64,000 bases of DNA, from assembly GCF_964204645.1 (NCBI RefSeq), contig NC_134027.1, forward strand, positions 22,840,560 through 22,904,559, given 5' to 3'. The translations under genes were made by a program, and so were the position numbers. The notes under the pieces were generated by a model. It ran no database searches. It had not been told where the DNA came from and saw only the letters and a program-made list of their open reading frames with translations. Source of the stretch: Tubulanus polymorphus. Lineage: Eukaryota; Animalia; Nemertea. Positions 25,870 to 38,454 of the stretch are shown in pieces. Position 1 is the stretch's first letter; every line of letters starts with the position of its first letter.

Positions 25870-28800
25870 TCAGTAACTCTTTTTCTGCTTCTCGAGTTCT
25901 TCGCGTTGTTTGCGTCGTTCGGCCTCTTCTGCTTCCAAACGAGCGACGAGTTCAGCTTGAACTTGCGGCTCAACGACGCGACCGAGTTCTGAGTACGTCG
26001 AAAAATCATCGAAATCACCGATGAATACACTAGGGGGCGCTTGATGTCCGATGTTGTTAACGACGTGTAGATAGATCGGTTCTTTTTTCTAAATTGAATA
26101 TGATAAGAAATGAATTGGCTTTTTAGCATTTTCTGAATAATGCAGATTTTGCTACAAGTTTGGTTTTAACTAATGTATTCCAAGTAGAACTACTTTGTTG
26201 GTTTTTGGCGATAGTAAAATGCCGTTTCAAAAATGGAGTCGTCAAGGACTGAATGTTTTAATCAACAAGTCAAAAAATCAAAGAAGTTTCTTTTACTGCT
26301 GTTTGATATGTACTGCAAGGATCCAGTTCTACATGATTTGACTACTGAGCAAAAATCTAACTAAAAACTACGAAACTGGAGTCAATGTTGCAAAAAATAA
26401 AACTGTATGAAATAGAAATAGCCGTGAATAATAAGATATTGATTAATATCTACCTCATCAACAATATAAGCTGGATTGTCGACAACACAGATTGCGAACT
26501 TCTGGATTTCCTCATCGTTATCGTCATCGACGTCTGGGTGATAAGGATTCTCTTCGTCACCGACTATTTGATAGGGATTTACGTCTGGAAATATGCGAAA
26601 ACATTCTGCGAATTCAATATACAACCCGTGTAACGATCCATAAAACATGCAGTTCGCTTAATTCCTTCTCTGAAAATCAAAGCTCGTCGTTCAAAGATCA
26701 TTATATATATTTTGTAACGGAAATTTAACCAAGTTGTTTGAAAATGAATATATCAAACGATCAATCATACGTATACATCCTTGCACGGAAATGGGTTCTG
26801 CCCAACGGCTACTACAGATTGGATCATCGTTTTGAAGCATAATTTCCTGAGTGTACATTCAAACGCTAGAAAACGATTGATGACGACATGAAGGAATTTG
26901 GATGTTGTCACTGTATGCATTGGGAAATCGGGAACCGCAGGCACAATATGCCTGGAACATTTGAGTATATATTTCCAATTACGATTTTAGAAACATAATT
27001 TACGGTTTAATCGCGCATCGGGGATATAACGAAGTACCTATCTTTCTCATTTGAATCGGTTTCGAACTCTGGTGGCGACAGAGTTTCTTGGTCGCAGATT
27101 CTTCTCTGGTCTCTCCCCATTGGAAAAACAAACATCGAACCCGTTGATGATGCACTGCATGGCGCTCAGTGGGTCGAGGGAATAAAAGTTTCGAACTCAC
27201 CATTTTCGAATAGGATATTCTTCTGGGGGTTTTTCGCCTTCTTGCCATCACGTTTTTTATTTTTATCGACTTGCGCGTACAAAGGTTCTGCATTATCCAC
27301 CGAACCTGATGAAAAAATACGGCACGTAAAAATCTAAGGAACGTAATCTGTGTTGTCATTTTCGCGTAACCGGGCAAGCGATCGAATTTGAACCAAGCAC
27401 AGTAAATTGTTATCGGAATATTCATCTACAACCTAGACCTACCCTCCTCGCTCAAACATTTGAAACTTTACACAGCTTCACACTCCAAAAATACAGAAGG
27501 CGGGTGACTCCAGGCCGCACATGAATACCCTAACGAGTGAACAACATTGTAATATTACCGTCATTGGTAGTGACGTGATTATCGTTAGCTGTCGGTCGAC
27601 TTTTAGGTTTTTTGTTGACTTGCGCGTATACGTCGCCTAACACGGAAAAAAAAACAAAATATTGGAAAAATTTCATATGGAAAATGCATTAGTAGAGGTG
27701 AGAGCTATTCGAAATGGCAAATCTTACCTGCAGGCCCGAATATATGTCCATCGGTATCGGTATTTGGAGAAGGGACTGAAGCCGAACTGTAAACAAATAT
27801 GGCGGATCAGATTGGAATCTACTGACATTAAGTTTAGCAGATCGAATAGGAAAGGAAATTACTAGTAATTTTATGAAATATCAACCTTTGCGCGCGATTT
27901 TTTGTCCAGATCCATTGACCGTCTCGACGCCATTTCACGAACAGGAACACGAACACAATGACGATGATGGTGACCAACAATACACCCACAACAACACCTC
28001 CGATCAATCCAATATTGGTGATAGTAGGAGTAACTTAGAGGATAGACAAAAAATGAGGAATTAGACCACGATTTCATCCAAGACATTTTTATGAGAAAAA
28101 AACCAAAACGATCTAACAATCATCGGGTCAGGGTCTAGTAGACACGAAAAGGATCGCTCGACACTAACCACAGCCTACATATACCTGGAATTTCAATCTG
28201 CTGGCTCGCAATGACGTCACTTCCCTCAGACACAATCAGTTTGTAACTGTATGCTTGATCGGGTTCAATTTTAATCGTTATAGCAATTGCGCCGCCAGTA
28301 GTTTCTATCGCTTTGGTAGATGTACATTGGTTCGTATCTTTCGTACAGTATTCCACGTAGACGCTGTACTTCGACGGAAACGAGGATAATTTCACCAGGA
28401 CAAGATTTCCTTCTCGAAATATCGTGGCTTGTTTCAACGCCGTATTTATAGCACTTGGAATAGCTGGAAATGAGATAAATATATGGGTTTGACAGTATTT
28501 TTCTTATAACACTCACGAATGCCTATCATTTATTTAGATAAGACGAATCGAGATGCGGCCAATGCTAATCCTGTTTCGGCTATAGGTCTATAACACCGGT
28601 CTTTCGAAGTAATAACTAACAACAGCTACCATTATAAATATCCGAGTGAAATTATCATCAAGCATTATAGTAGGATAAGGCTTGGACGTGTCGCAATGAA
28701 TACCGAATCCTAATTCAGTTTCCTATAACCGGGATCGGACATTTCAGCTTAATTCGCGAATCGCGTAGAATCAGAAGCCCTGTAAATGACGGTGAACGTT

Positions 28801-31800
28801 TGTTCGGAGCCACCCGCAAATTCAGACACCCAACTCAGCGTCACAGATACCGCTGTTTTTGCAATAACCGTCAGATTTGACGGAGTTTTCGGAGGTCCCT
28901 AAACAACCAGAATACACAAGAACGGTTAATAGGAATAGCGTGATTGGTTGGGATGGACGTTGCATTTTCCAGTTGGTAGCAAAACACATAGTAACTGGAA
29001 AGCAACAGGAATTCCTTCTGGGTGGGGCCCTTTTCCAAAAACCGATCGTGATGAAAATGAATTAACAAATGGACGAAAAATTAATCAAATATAATATACT
29101 CTACCAGAAATAGGCATTCTATCAACTCATTTCAAGAAGGGACTTTGTTTCAATTTTAATATTGGCCGGTATCATATGCTTCATATAGACATTGATAAGC
29201 AATCACTAAGAATGTTCGAAAAAAATAGGAACTTCGTATTTAAAAAAAAAGTTTTGTTTTGGTTATATACCGCGGGACTTACCAGCCCGTGTGAGTTTCA
29301 GTGTAATCTTTATGCTACCAATTGTATTATTGAGTTTACACGAAAAGGATCCATAATCAGACGCCTGAACTGATTGTATGATGACATCCCACTGCGTTAA
29401 ACTGGTATTGTTGATCACATATTCCGCATTTGTTGAATTATGGCTGCAATTTAAAGTTGTCGCTGATGGATTCGCATTGTAGTTTATCGCAAATTCAGCA
29501 TTTTCTCCCACTTTTGCGGCGACGGTTTCGATTTGCCCGATAAGACTTGGAGCATCTATTAAAAAGAAGAAAATGTTAGGTGATACTTAGTCTAGTGTTT
29601 ACAATTTCTTGAAATCTTATATTTCTTTTTTTCATCTTCGAATAAACAATGGCATATAAAAATCGTTGGAGCAAAAAACCTGCGAAAAGAAGGCACTTAT
29701 TATGAATTTCGATTCAGTTCCGCATTAGCGATCTGATGCCAAAAATTGCGTAAGCCTACAGTTCGCCACGTCAAATTTTTGATCGGAATATGTGAAACTG
29801 GATTCAGATGAGGCGGAAATATATCAAACAACTGTGCATTCAACCGACCAGCGTGTCGAATACAATACAGGTGTGGCACTGTGTAGGTTGGTTACTTACA
29901 TTGGACATCGACAATTGAGATATTACTGAGAGTAGAACCCCCTACATTTGTCGCATTACATCTGTATCGTCCTGAATCAGCTTTTGATAAATTGTCTAGA
30001 GCAAGAATGCCATTCGTAGATCCTATGGATTTCCAGACACCCGAAACAGTCGAGAATTTCCAGATGTAATTGTATCTAGTAGGGTTTCCACCAGTTGCTG
30101 TACAGTTTAACCGAATTGAATTGCCTTCTGTAACTACAGACTTTACTGGAATCAGTGAAACAGAATCGGCGGGGTCTGTAAAACAATTACATTGAAAATC
30201 TTTCTTTCAGTGCTACATTCACATTGCATGAAAGTAATGATTTGATGGACATCAATGTTATCATCTCAAATATATTATCAAATTGTCTATATACGTTGTC
30301 TTCCGTTTTAATCCATCAGTTAGAACTATTAATTTGACTTCTTGAAAAACTATCATTTCATGAGAATAATGAGTAATTAGTAAACTATCTGCAATACTTA
30401 CAGTTGACGGTTAATTTAACTTTATTAGAAATCATTGGTGTTGGTATACCAGCCCCAGTAGCTGTACATTGATATTCTGCCTGGTTATCTGTTTTAGTGG
30501 CGGATGTTGAATATGTTAGAGGACTAACTCCCTGTTTCACAGTGCTGCCCCCTGCTGTTTTAGTTATGGCGAGGTTCGGTACCGGGTTACCCCCTGTAGC
30601 TGTACACGTTAAGTCAACAGATGTTGATTCCTGAACGGGTGACGTCGGTCCTTGTAATATAACACTACTTGGTGGGTCTGAAATAAATAAGTACTAGTTC
30701 TATTATTGCAATTGTACTATTTATCATTTATCTATTCTATTCAACTGAATATGAGACATCAATATACAAGTAAAATGTATAAATAATGTCCAAATGAAAA
30801 AAATGAATTTGTGAGACAAATTTCCTGTAAGTGTTCATCATTTCGGTAATGCCGCATTATTTCGAAAGCCGCCCCACCCGATCATCATCGTTACGAATAT
30901 ACTTCAAGCAGAGGCAAACTAGATCATGAACTCTAAAAGGAAAATTTGCTTTGAAGTCCATGATCAGATGAATATCGACTGTTAAGAAAGACAGAGAATT
31001 GAAGTGAATATGTATGGGGGGTCTTAAGGTCATTATGTATCAGCGCCCGGTGATTTCCAGTAGGGAGCAGCTGTTCGAAGGTTGGTGTGAGTCGAAACCC
31101 GGAGATAACTGACATGGCGATAACCAAAACTACAGTGGGTAATTTATTCATCCGCTTTTTGACTTAACCAACCTTTGAGCATCTGCCCCGCCATGATTCA
31201 AATATTACCCGCGTGATATTTTAACTGCCACATCTTTTTATTCAGTCATAGAATTTACAGCGGTTGAATTTCTGTTCAACGCGTTTAAATTCACATTTTC
31301 TCGTATTCTAACTATATATAATCGATCCTCATCATGACCGCGACCATAATCTAGCTCCAAGTCACAAAAATATATTTTGATAAGGAGAGAATCTGAAATT
31401 TTAACATCAGTCGACCTAATGTGCAGACTTCCTAAGTCTAGCAAACTACGTACAAAGCGTTTTCTTCGGCATTCGACACAGAAATTCAGGTACAAACATT
31501 TTTTATATCTAAATTTATATACACGCCTTGATTTGATAAATGAATTCTTTCGTGCTCAAATTTCTATTACAAACTGATATGACTCGTATGAATAGTAAAA
31601 TATAATCCATAGGTTAAAATTAAAGGATTATAAAAATAACGCGTGTTTATGAAGTACTTACATAGAACATCGATAGTAATATTACCAGTAACTGATCCAT
31701 ATGTATTCAATACGTTACACGTATAAACACCTGAATCAGTTTTACTGATTCTTCTAAAACTGAGTTTATTATTAGACTGTCCTGATGGATTGACACCACT

Positions 31801-33416
31801 CCATTTATACGTCAGTCCTGTAGCTCCAGGCTGTGAACCGTCACATGTGATTGTTAATGGTGAATTCTCCTGTACTGCGACGATGTTGTTGATGGCGGTG
31901 TTTGGTTGAGATGTCAGAACTGGTCCACTCGGGGGTGCTGTAAATGTGAAACCACATAGTTAAATGGGAGATTTTGATGGCGCTTTTTAACATTTGTTTC
32001 ATAGATTCATTTATATATTTTGGCAATAAGTTGAAATAAATTATCAACAGATATCACGGATAATGAGACAATGTGCCACTGCAGCACGGATGAATTGACT
32101 ACGTATTAGGGAAAAGTGGTTCTTTCAACATCTCAATAGATTAAACTTTGAAGTGATCATTCTTGAAATAGAACACACATTGATTACAGAATAACTCAAG
32201 AACAAACGGCGAATACAGTTTTACAAGCATTTTTTAATAAGTGATTACGATTAGATAAACGAGATATTCTTATACGATTATTTTTCATTCTCACCTACTA
32301 CAGTAATTTCTGTTTTACTATTTGGGAAAGCGTTCATGTAGTCACATGACCATGTCCCAGCATCAGACATCTGTACACTTTCGATACGTAAACCATAACG
32401 TCCAGCTGTGACGTCACATAGTCCAGTGTACCGGGGTTCACTGATAGTTCCACGATGACAGTTTGTCTTGTCAAACGATTGCTGTTTCGAACGGCTACCC
32501 AATGTTATTCTGAAATCGCAGAAATTTTTACTGGGTGGTGCAACCTGACATTGAACGACAGTGGTGCCACCTAGTTTTACTACTGCCGGTGTTACAACCA
32601 CCGTGAGTCTCGTATCCGCTGCGACTATACAGTTCAGCTGCTGCCCTGAAAATATTTCAATTACCGTTAAATCCAATAATAGCGCAATTAAAATCTTCCA
32701 TTTGATTTTTTTTTATGCACAAAATTTTCTTCAAATTCCATTTCAAACTCGATCACCGAATGGCATCATCAAATTTCATGAAAATATTTTCTTGAAAATA
32801 TTGGCCGTTATGGTCAATCTGTCAAGGGATTTATCGGAAAACCCCCTATAAATAGTGGAAAGGTCCCAACACATAAAATGATCAATTAAGTAATTGAAAT
32901 GTATGTACAACTTAATTAAATGAACATTAACTCGTCGAAAACATTTTCATTGGCTAAAAGCAGAGACGAACTACAATTCTATAAAAATTTCATTAATTTC
33001 ATGTCTTGGTTTAAATGAGTTTTTTACCTGCTACACATTTAAATGTGAGGATAACAATCGCAAACACGAACCACAATACATTCTGAAAAAACAAAATTAC
33101 AACCGTTTTACGTCACCGTTTTTGTTTTATTTCCGAATTAATTCATTGACGTCTGATTTGTTCGTTTCCATTACATCGTAGAAAACCTCTAGTTTTTATC
33201 ATGGACTCTAAAACGAAGAGAGTCTGATCGTCATTTAGAGTGCTCTTTGATAAAATCAAATATATTAGGGATGTATCCAGAAATACGAGCAGAGTGGGCC
33301 AAGTGCAGTGTTTTCCCAGATATAATTTCATCCATAGAGATACGTGCATTTCCTACAGTAATTTCAGAAAATATGTACATGTTCGTACTCACTTTGTTGA
33401 CGCGTTGAATGTTCAT
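25870..33416 (-). CDS. G3: IgSF type I membrane receptor (SP - V - 4 Ig - FN3-like - TM - long Tyr-motif tail), ~849 aa
   Basis: Manual exons (- strand): 33416-33393, 33082-33028 (signal), 32645-32295 (V), 31937-31662, 30677-30402, 30175-29900, 29555-29283 (Ig), 28463-28185 (FN3-like), 28033-27886 (TM IGLIGGVVVGVLLVTIIVIVFVFLFV), 27786-27728, 27636-27559, 27305-27201, 26584-26454, 26088-25870. Total 2550 nt, open if the damaged exon at ~28898-28715 is skipped. Confidence 0.7.
28715..28898 (-). pseudogene. Damaged first FN3 exon inside G3
   Basis: PPKTPSNLTVIAKTAVSVTLSWVSEFAGGSEQTFTVIY matches the G1 FN3 exon. It has an extra G after the acceptor, an in-frame TAA (AAT TAA GCT versus G1 AAT AAA GCT) and has lost its 3' part. 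Confidence 0.7.
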
Positions 33417-34765
33417 TTTTTTCCAAATTTCCTCGTGGTCAAACGAAGTCGATTGCTTGAAAAGGAGAAGTCGTTGTTGAGTTTTTCAATGATCGCCAAT
33501 CACTCCCTTGGAACACGGAGACTATGCCTTTTTAAAAGCTTATGCCAAATCTAAGCCTTAGCTAAAACAATATCTATCTTGGAAGGAATTGCGTAACCTA
33601 TCAATACGTCGGAGAAATTCAATCCAAATTGAGATTTCTAAAACTCTTTCACTTCCTGGTCACATTATACGGTGCATTAAGGTACTGCTAGTGTTGAAAT
33701 TCTTTCAATTTGCGATACTATACGATCTATACCTAGTTCTAGTATATTTCATAAAGGCTATTCAAACTGCACTATTGTTTGAAAAATGGGAAATACCCGC
33801 GCAATAGGTTTATTTTGTGTAAAAGCTGAATTTCGAAATAAATGAATTTCGATACTAAACATGATTGTTTATACCGGTTTCTGCGGGAACCATTCTTGTT
33901 ACAAAAAAGACTTTCGTTCATGAGCACTATTCTATTTTCCATCTGGGAGGCATCCTGCCATTCACCGTCGTTCCTACAGTGATGTTTGTAGAATCATTTT
34001 TGGAAGTGTGCTGATGATTTCAGTTTATAGCAAAAGTGATTTTTGGTGGTACGAAAGTGTAATGAGAAAGCTTCATAAAATGTTGGTGTTTTAAATTCAG
34101 TTTCAGGTCAATTTCATCTCAATTGGTAAATATGATTTTAATAATGGTATGATATCTACAGGTCAGTGGTAATGCATCCAGGCAGCATATTTATACATTA
34201 ATTACGTACATATCGTTGTTTTCTTTGAGTTACGTACGAATACAGCGCCCGGTCACAAATTCATACTCATATCTCAACTGCATATTACTTCATAACCGGA
34301 TTCGTGTTTTCACAATATATATACCACCCTACTTAGTCAATTATACGTACGTGTATATTACTTCCTGGTTGGAATAGAAAGATGTTTTCTTTTCAAATGT
34401 TCCTCTGAAAGTAAATCTAAAGGTTCAACTTAATAGTAGTGTTGGTTTGCATTTCGTGAGTAAATCGTTTTACTTTGAAATTCGTTTTCGTAATTTTACT
34501 TTTACTTTACCGTTGTTTTAATTCACGCAATGATGTTCATTATAAAACTCGATTGCTAAAGGTCAGAAAAACACTTTCTCTTTGTCGTTTTTCAGTATTA
34601 CTTTCTACTATAGTTGTTAATTATATTTCACGCTAACATAGATTCGGTAATATTTCACCCTTTTCGTGCAGCACTTGGAGAGGGCACTGTGGTATCGTTT
34701 ATGCTCTTTCGTGCCTATTTTCTTAAAGATATTCTGTGGTGTTTCGAGAAGCAATTATAAACAGC
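33417..34765. promoter_or_regulatory. Probable bidirectional promoter / 5'UTR region between divergent G3 and G4
   Basis: The start codons at 33416 (-) and 34766 (+) are 1.35 kb apart. ACTTCCTGG motifs lie at ~33651 and 34360. The region is conserved with 668-1160 plus ~8340-9491. Confidence 0.5.
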
Positions 34766-35784
34766 ATGTATAGACAGGTAAAGATCAGGAGCCACATTAC
34801 TTCATCCAAAGTGATTACTATGAATGCAGTTTCCGTTAGTCCAAAGACAAAAGATTTTGTCGGAAAGAGTCAAGCATGCAGCCTCGCTGATATTCCAACT
34901 TTAAGCGGACCGTGGTTTATGCTAAACCAGTTCACGATTACAGAAGGGTTTGTTAGTGATTGCGGTGTCATGTTTAATGATGTGCACAGAAATAAACGGT
35001 AAGTCGACATCTATTTAACTACAGAAACAATGTAAAATTCACGTAGCTTAGAGCGTGAATTTATCTTACTTAACTTTTCATCTAGGTAGAACATTGCAAC
35101 ACAAGATTGCAACTGGGTTATTCGTAGTGAAAATCACTTCATTTTCAACGGAATTTGAGCTTGATTTTTAGACTTCAAAATCCGAATATTATTAAACACG
35201 TCATCGCTTAGATATAAGATTCCCTTTCCCATTCAGTGAATGGTATTAATTTCACTGAAAATGGATTTACAAACGGGAAAAGTTGACTAGAATTTAATTG
35301 AAATATGGAAAAAATCGCAGTGCGGTAACCGAGTGCGGCTAGCGACACCTGGCGGATTATCACTGAATCCTCGCATCCTTCAGTAGTATCGCCGGTATCC
35401 CATTAAATGAGTTGGTTACTTCAGTGAATGAAATGTTTTTTTTTATGACTCATCACTGATTAACTCGGTGGTAGTCTATCTAAGCTTTTGTTTTTAACTA
35501 AATGAAAATCGAAACGTATTCGATATCATCATATGGGGAAATGATGGCTGGAAAAAGTTGACAATCGATAAACTTCCATTTTCACTTGTTAGTTGGTAAT
35601 GAGGAACTTGCTAAATATTTCAGGACAGCAGCAGAACTGTACAGACGCAGAGGATACGACAATCACGACGGTTGCAACACCAGTAGATGTAAAACTAGGT
35701 GGCACCACTGTCGTACAATGTCAGGTTTCACCACCCAGTAGCAATTTCTGCGGACTCAGAATAACATTGAGCTATCAATTTTAA
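34766..35784 (+). pseudogene. G4: IgSF paralog remnant (start exon, signal exon, 5' half of V exon)
   Basis: Exons 34766-34777 (MYRQ), 34944-34998 (KGLLVIAVSCLMMCTEING) and 35624-~35772 (V up to FCGLRITLS), followed by unrelated sequence and a stop. Confidence 0.75.
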
Positions 35785-38454
35785 ATGGCTCAAAGCATGA
35801 CTGTCATATATGTAATATCCATTCCCTTTTGGGTAGTTGAAGCTCATTCGATTTTACCTTCATCGACGTAGTCATTAAAATTACAATCGTGAATCGATGA
35901 CGTCATTTTCGTGTCACCTATAATAACTCGTTGGTTGGAGTTCAAATGAAAAAATATTCAAACCTCGAATATGTAAAATCGAAAAATAATCAAACCGTAA
36001 TTTTAACTAATGTTATTTTGTCCAAACCGTATAGTATTTTCCTATTGAAAAATTCAAACCATGTTTTTTCAAAATTGAAAATTGTTAGAACCTTGTTTAG
36101 TGAAAATAAAGAATTTAGTAAACTATAAATTGCGTGCACTGTATTTTCTAAAATATCGAGAACCATAATTCTGAATAAAAGTGTTATCATTCGATAGTAA
36201 AGCAGTAAAACACCTAAGCAGTAAAGGTATGAGTCGTTGACGTGTATCGAAGCACTAATGTATACACAAATGAAGGAACTTTGGTCCTGTAGCTCGCTAA
36301 CATTAACGTTAGAACAGTAAAACTCTTGGGTTATTTGTAAATTAATGTTTTTCAATACTGGAATTCAGCGTCACAGTGATTCTAATTGAAATTTATACCA
36401 AAGTTTAGATTTTAAGTTTTAAACATTTCTCGATTACACACGCGTGTAATGTAGTTTCACTTTTATAGTCAAAAGCGCGAAAATGGGATGAGAAATATAC
36501 GAAAATCGAGCGATCGTCGGGAATAGAATGGAATTCCCCTAACGAAACATTGGCACATAGAGGTTACAAAAATCTATAAAAATTCCTAATTTACTACATT
36601 TAGAAAATAAACGAACGTGCATAGGGGATACGATAATAATGGATATAGCGAATATGGGCATAAATCTCAGTAGCGCCACCATCCGGGTGGTAGAACAAAG
36701 AGTGTCGACAAGCTCAATTTATACTACACTGTTGTCCCTGGTATGTCCAAAGTGTGAGAGTCCACCGTTTTATCAATAGAAGTATACATATAATGCGCAT
36801 CCTAGTGTTTTAGTATTTAAGTGATTTTAGTGTTTTTTAGTATCTTGGTATTTTGTGCCGCCGAATAAGTTTATTTCGTTAATTCGCTGGGGATATATTT
36901 CTTCATTATCCATTCAATGTGGGGGAATTAATTTTGGCCTTTATTGTCATATGATTTCTATGTAAAGTTCGATACATTTCCAGTGTAGAGACCCTCCTAA
37001 AACCAATATCTGTTATGAAGCTAATAGGTATCTTTACCAGAAAATGTTAGTTATAAAAAGTTTGGACCTACGGGTGCAAGGTAGGACCCCCCAAAACCTG
37101 AGGTCAAGTTGAGGTCACGCAACCAAAAAAGTCGACGACAACCAGTACATACTGCCTGTGTGTGTAGAGTATATACAATCGCTTGTGAGCTCTCTATAGA
37201 GCATGCTGACTCAGTGTCAGCAGCCAGGCTCGACTAGTTTGCCATCTATCGGGGGTAATAGGAACCGTCACTTGAGGCGTGACCACGACCTAGTCTATAT
37301 ATTCGAAATGTACATTATACTTTGAGATGTAGTATATTGAAAAACCTTTGACAAATAATTAATTTAAATCGTAGAAATGGCTCGTATTTATTTTGCTTAA
37401 TCTGTACTAGATTTTCGGTTCATTTACTTAAATATAACATGCTGGCACAGTCAGCGCAAAACCAGAAACATATGTAGGTAGTCATACCGTGTGACTAGTG
37501 TCATTGGCTGGTTCACCGAGTGGGAGCCAGTTTTAGTTTTCCTCAGGTTCTGAACAATCGGAATAACCGTTCCAATTTTATGTATGTTCACGAAATCGCG
37601 ACACCGAAACAAATGGAGTCATCTCTGCTACAGGCTTTCGAAGATTTTTGGGTTAACCTCATTGATATTCAATACAGTACGGTAAATGTAAAACGCAATT
37701 CATTTTCAACAACTTATTATTGTCTAAGTAATATCCAGGCATTTACGTATTTGTAAGGTGTATACAAGGTACGGGTTGTATGACAACTTCGGGGATGCGG
37801 GGAATTGAAAGTCACCTTCCGTCTGTTAATCCATGAAAAATCACCTGTCCCCCAAAGATACGAGTTAAGCAGAGTTGACTGTGATACGAAGGAAATTTTC
37901 AGCTGGATCCGCGTAGTCTCTTGTTTAATACTTTTCCAATAACCTATATTAAGTCCGCTACACAAATAGTTACGTAGCCACTTCACTTATTTACGCGTGA
38001 TCTTAATCTCTTATTTATTTGACTGGTAATTGTTAAAACTTTTGCGATTAAATTTCGTTTGATTTGGTGTCCCTTACAGACCCACCACACCTGCCGGGAA
38101 CGAAACAGGGGGTTTGATTTTGAAATCGGAAATCGAAGTACGTGATCTTAGAGCGTGATTCTTTTCAAAACTGTAATGTTGAGTACTGATAAAGAATTAG
38201 TAAGTTCCTAGTTGAACCACTTCAAAACAGAACATGATACAATGCGCGGGTCTAGGGTTTATACGTCCCTCTGCCTTCCTAAAAGTCATGCGGATATTCT
38301 TTTTCTTACTTGCTATCATTTTAGTATGATTATGTTCATATTCTTGATGGACAGGAGCTGATAGATCGATTTTCACAAGTATTTCTGCGGATCGTGTCTT
38401 ATTTCGATAAAAAGATAGTTTTGAAACTTGAAGAGTTTTGAAACTATATGCAGC

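Noticed and set aside
27038-27110. Additional G3 tail exon
   Set aside because: It contains a stop in the required phase and has no counterpart in G6, where the flanking exons join directly.
36985-37245. Helentron/Helitron-like element end (hairpin gctgactcagtgtcagc, ctagttt)
   Set aside because: Suggestive, but single copy in the window and the other end cannot be defined.
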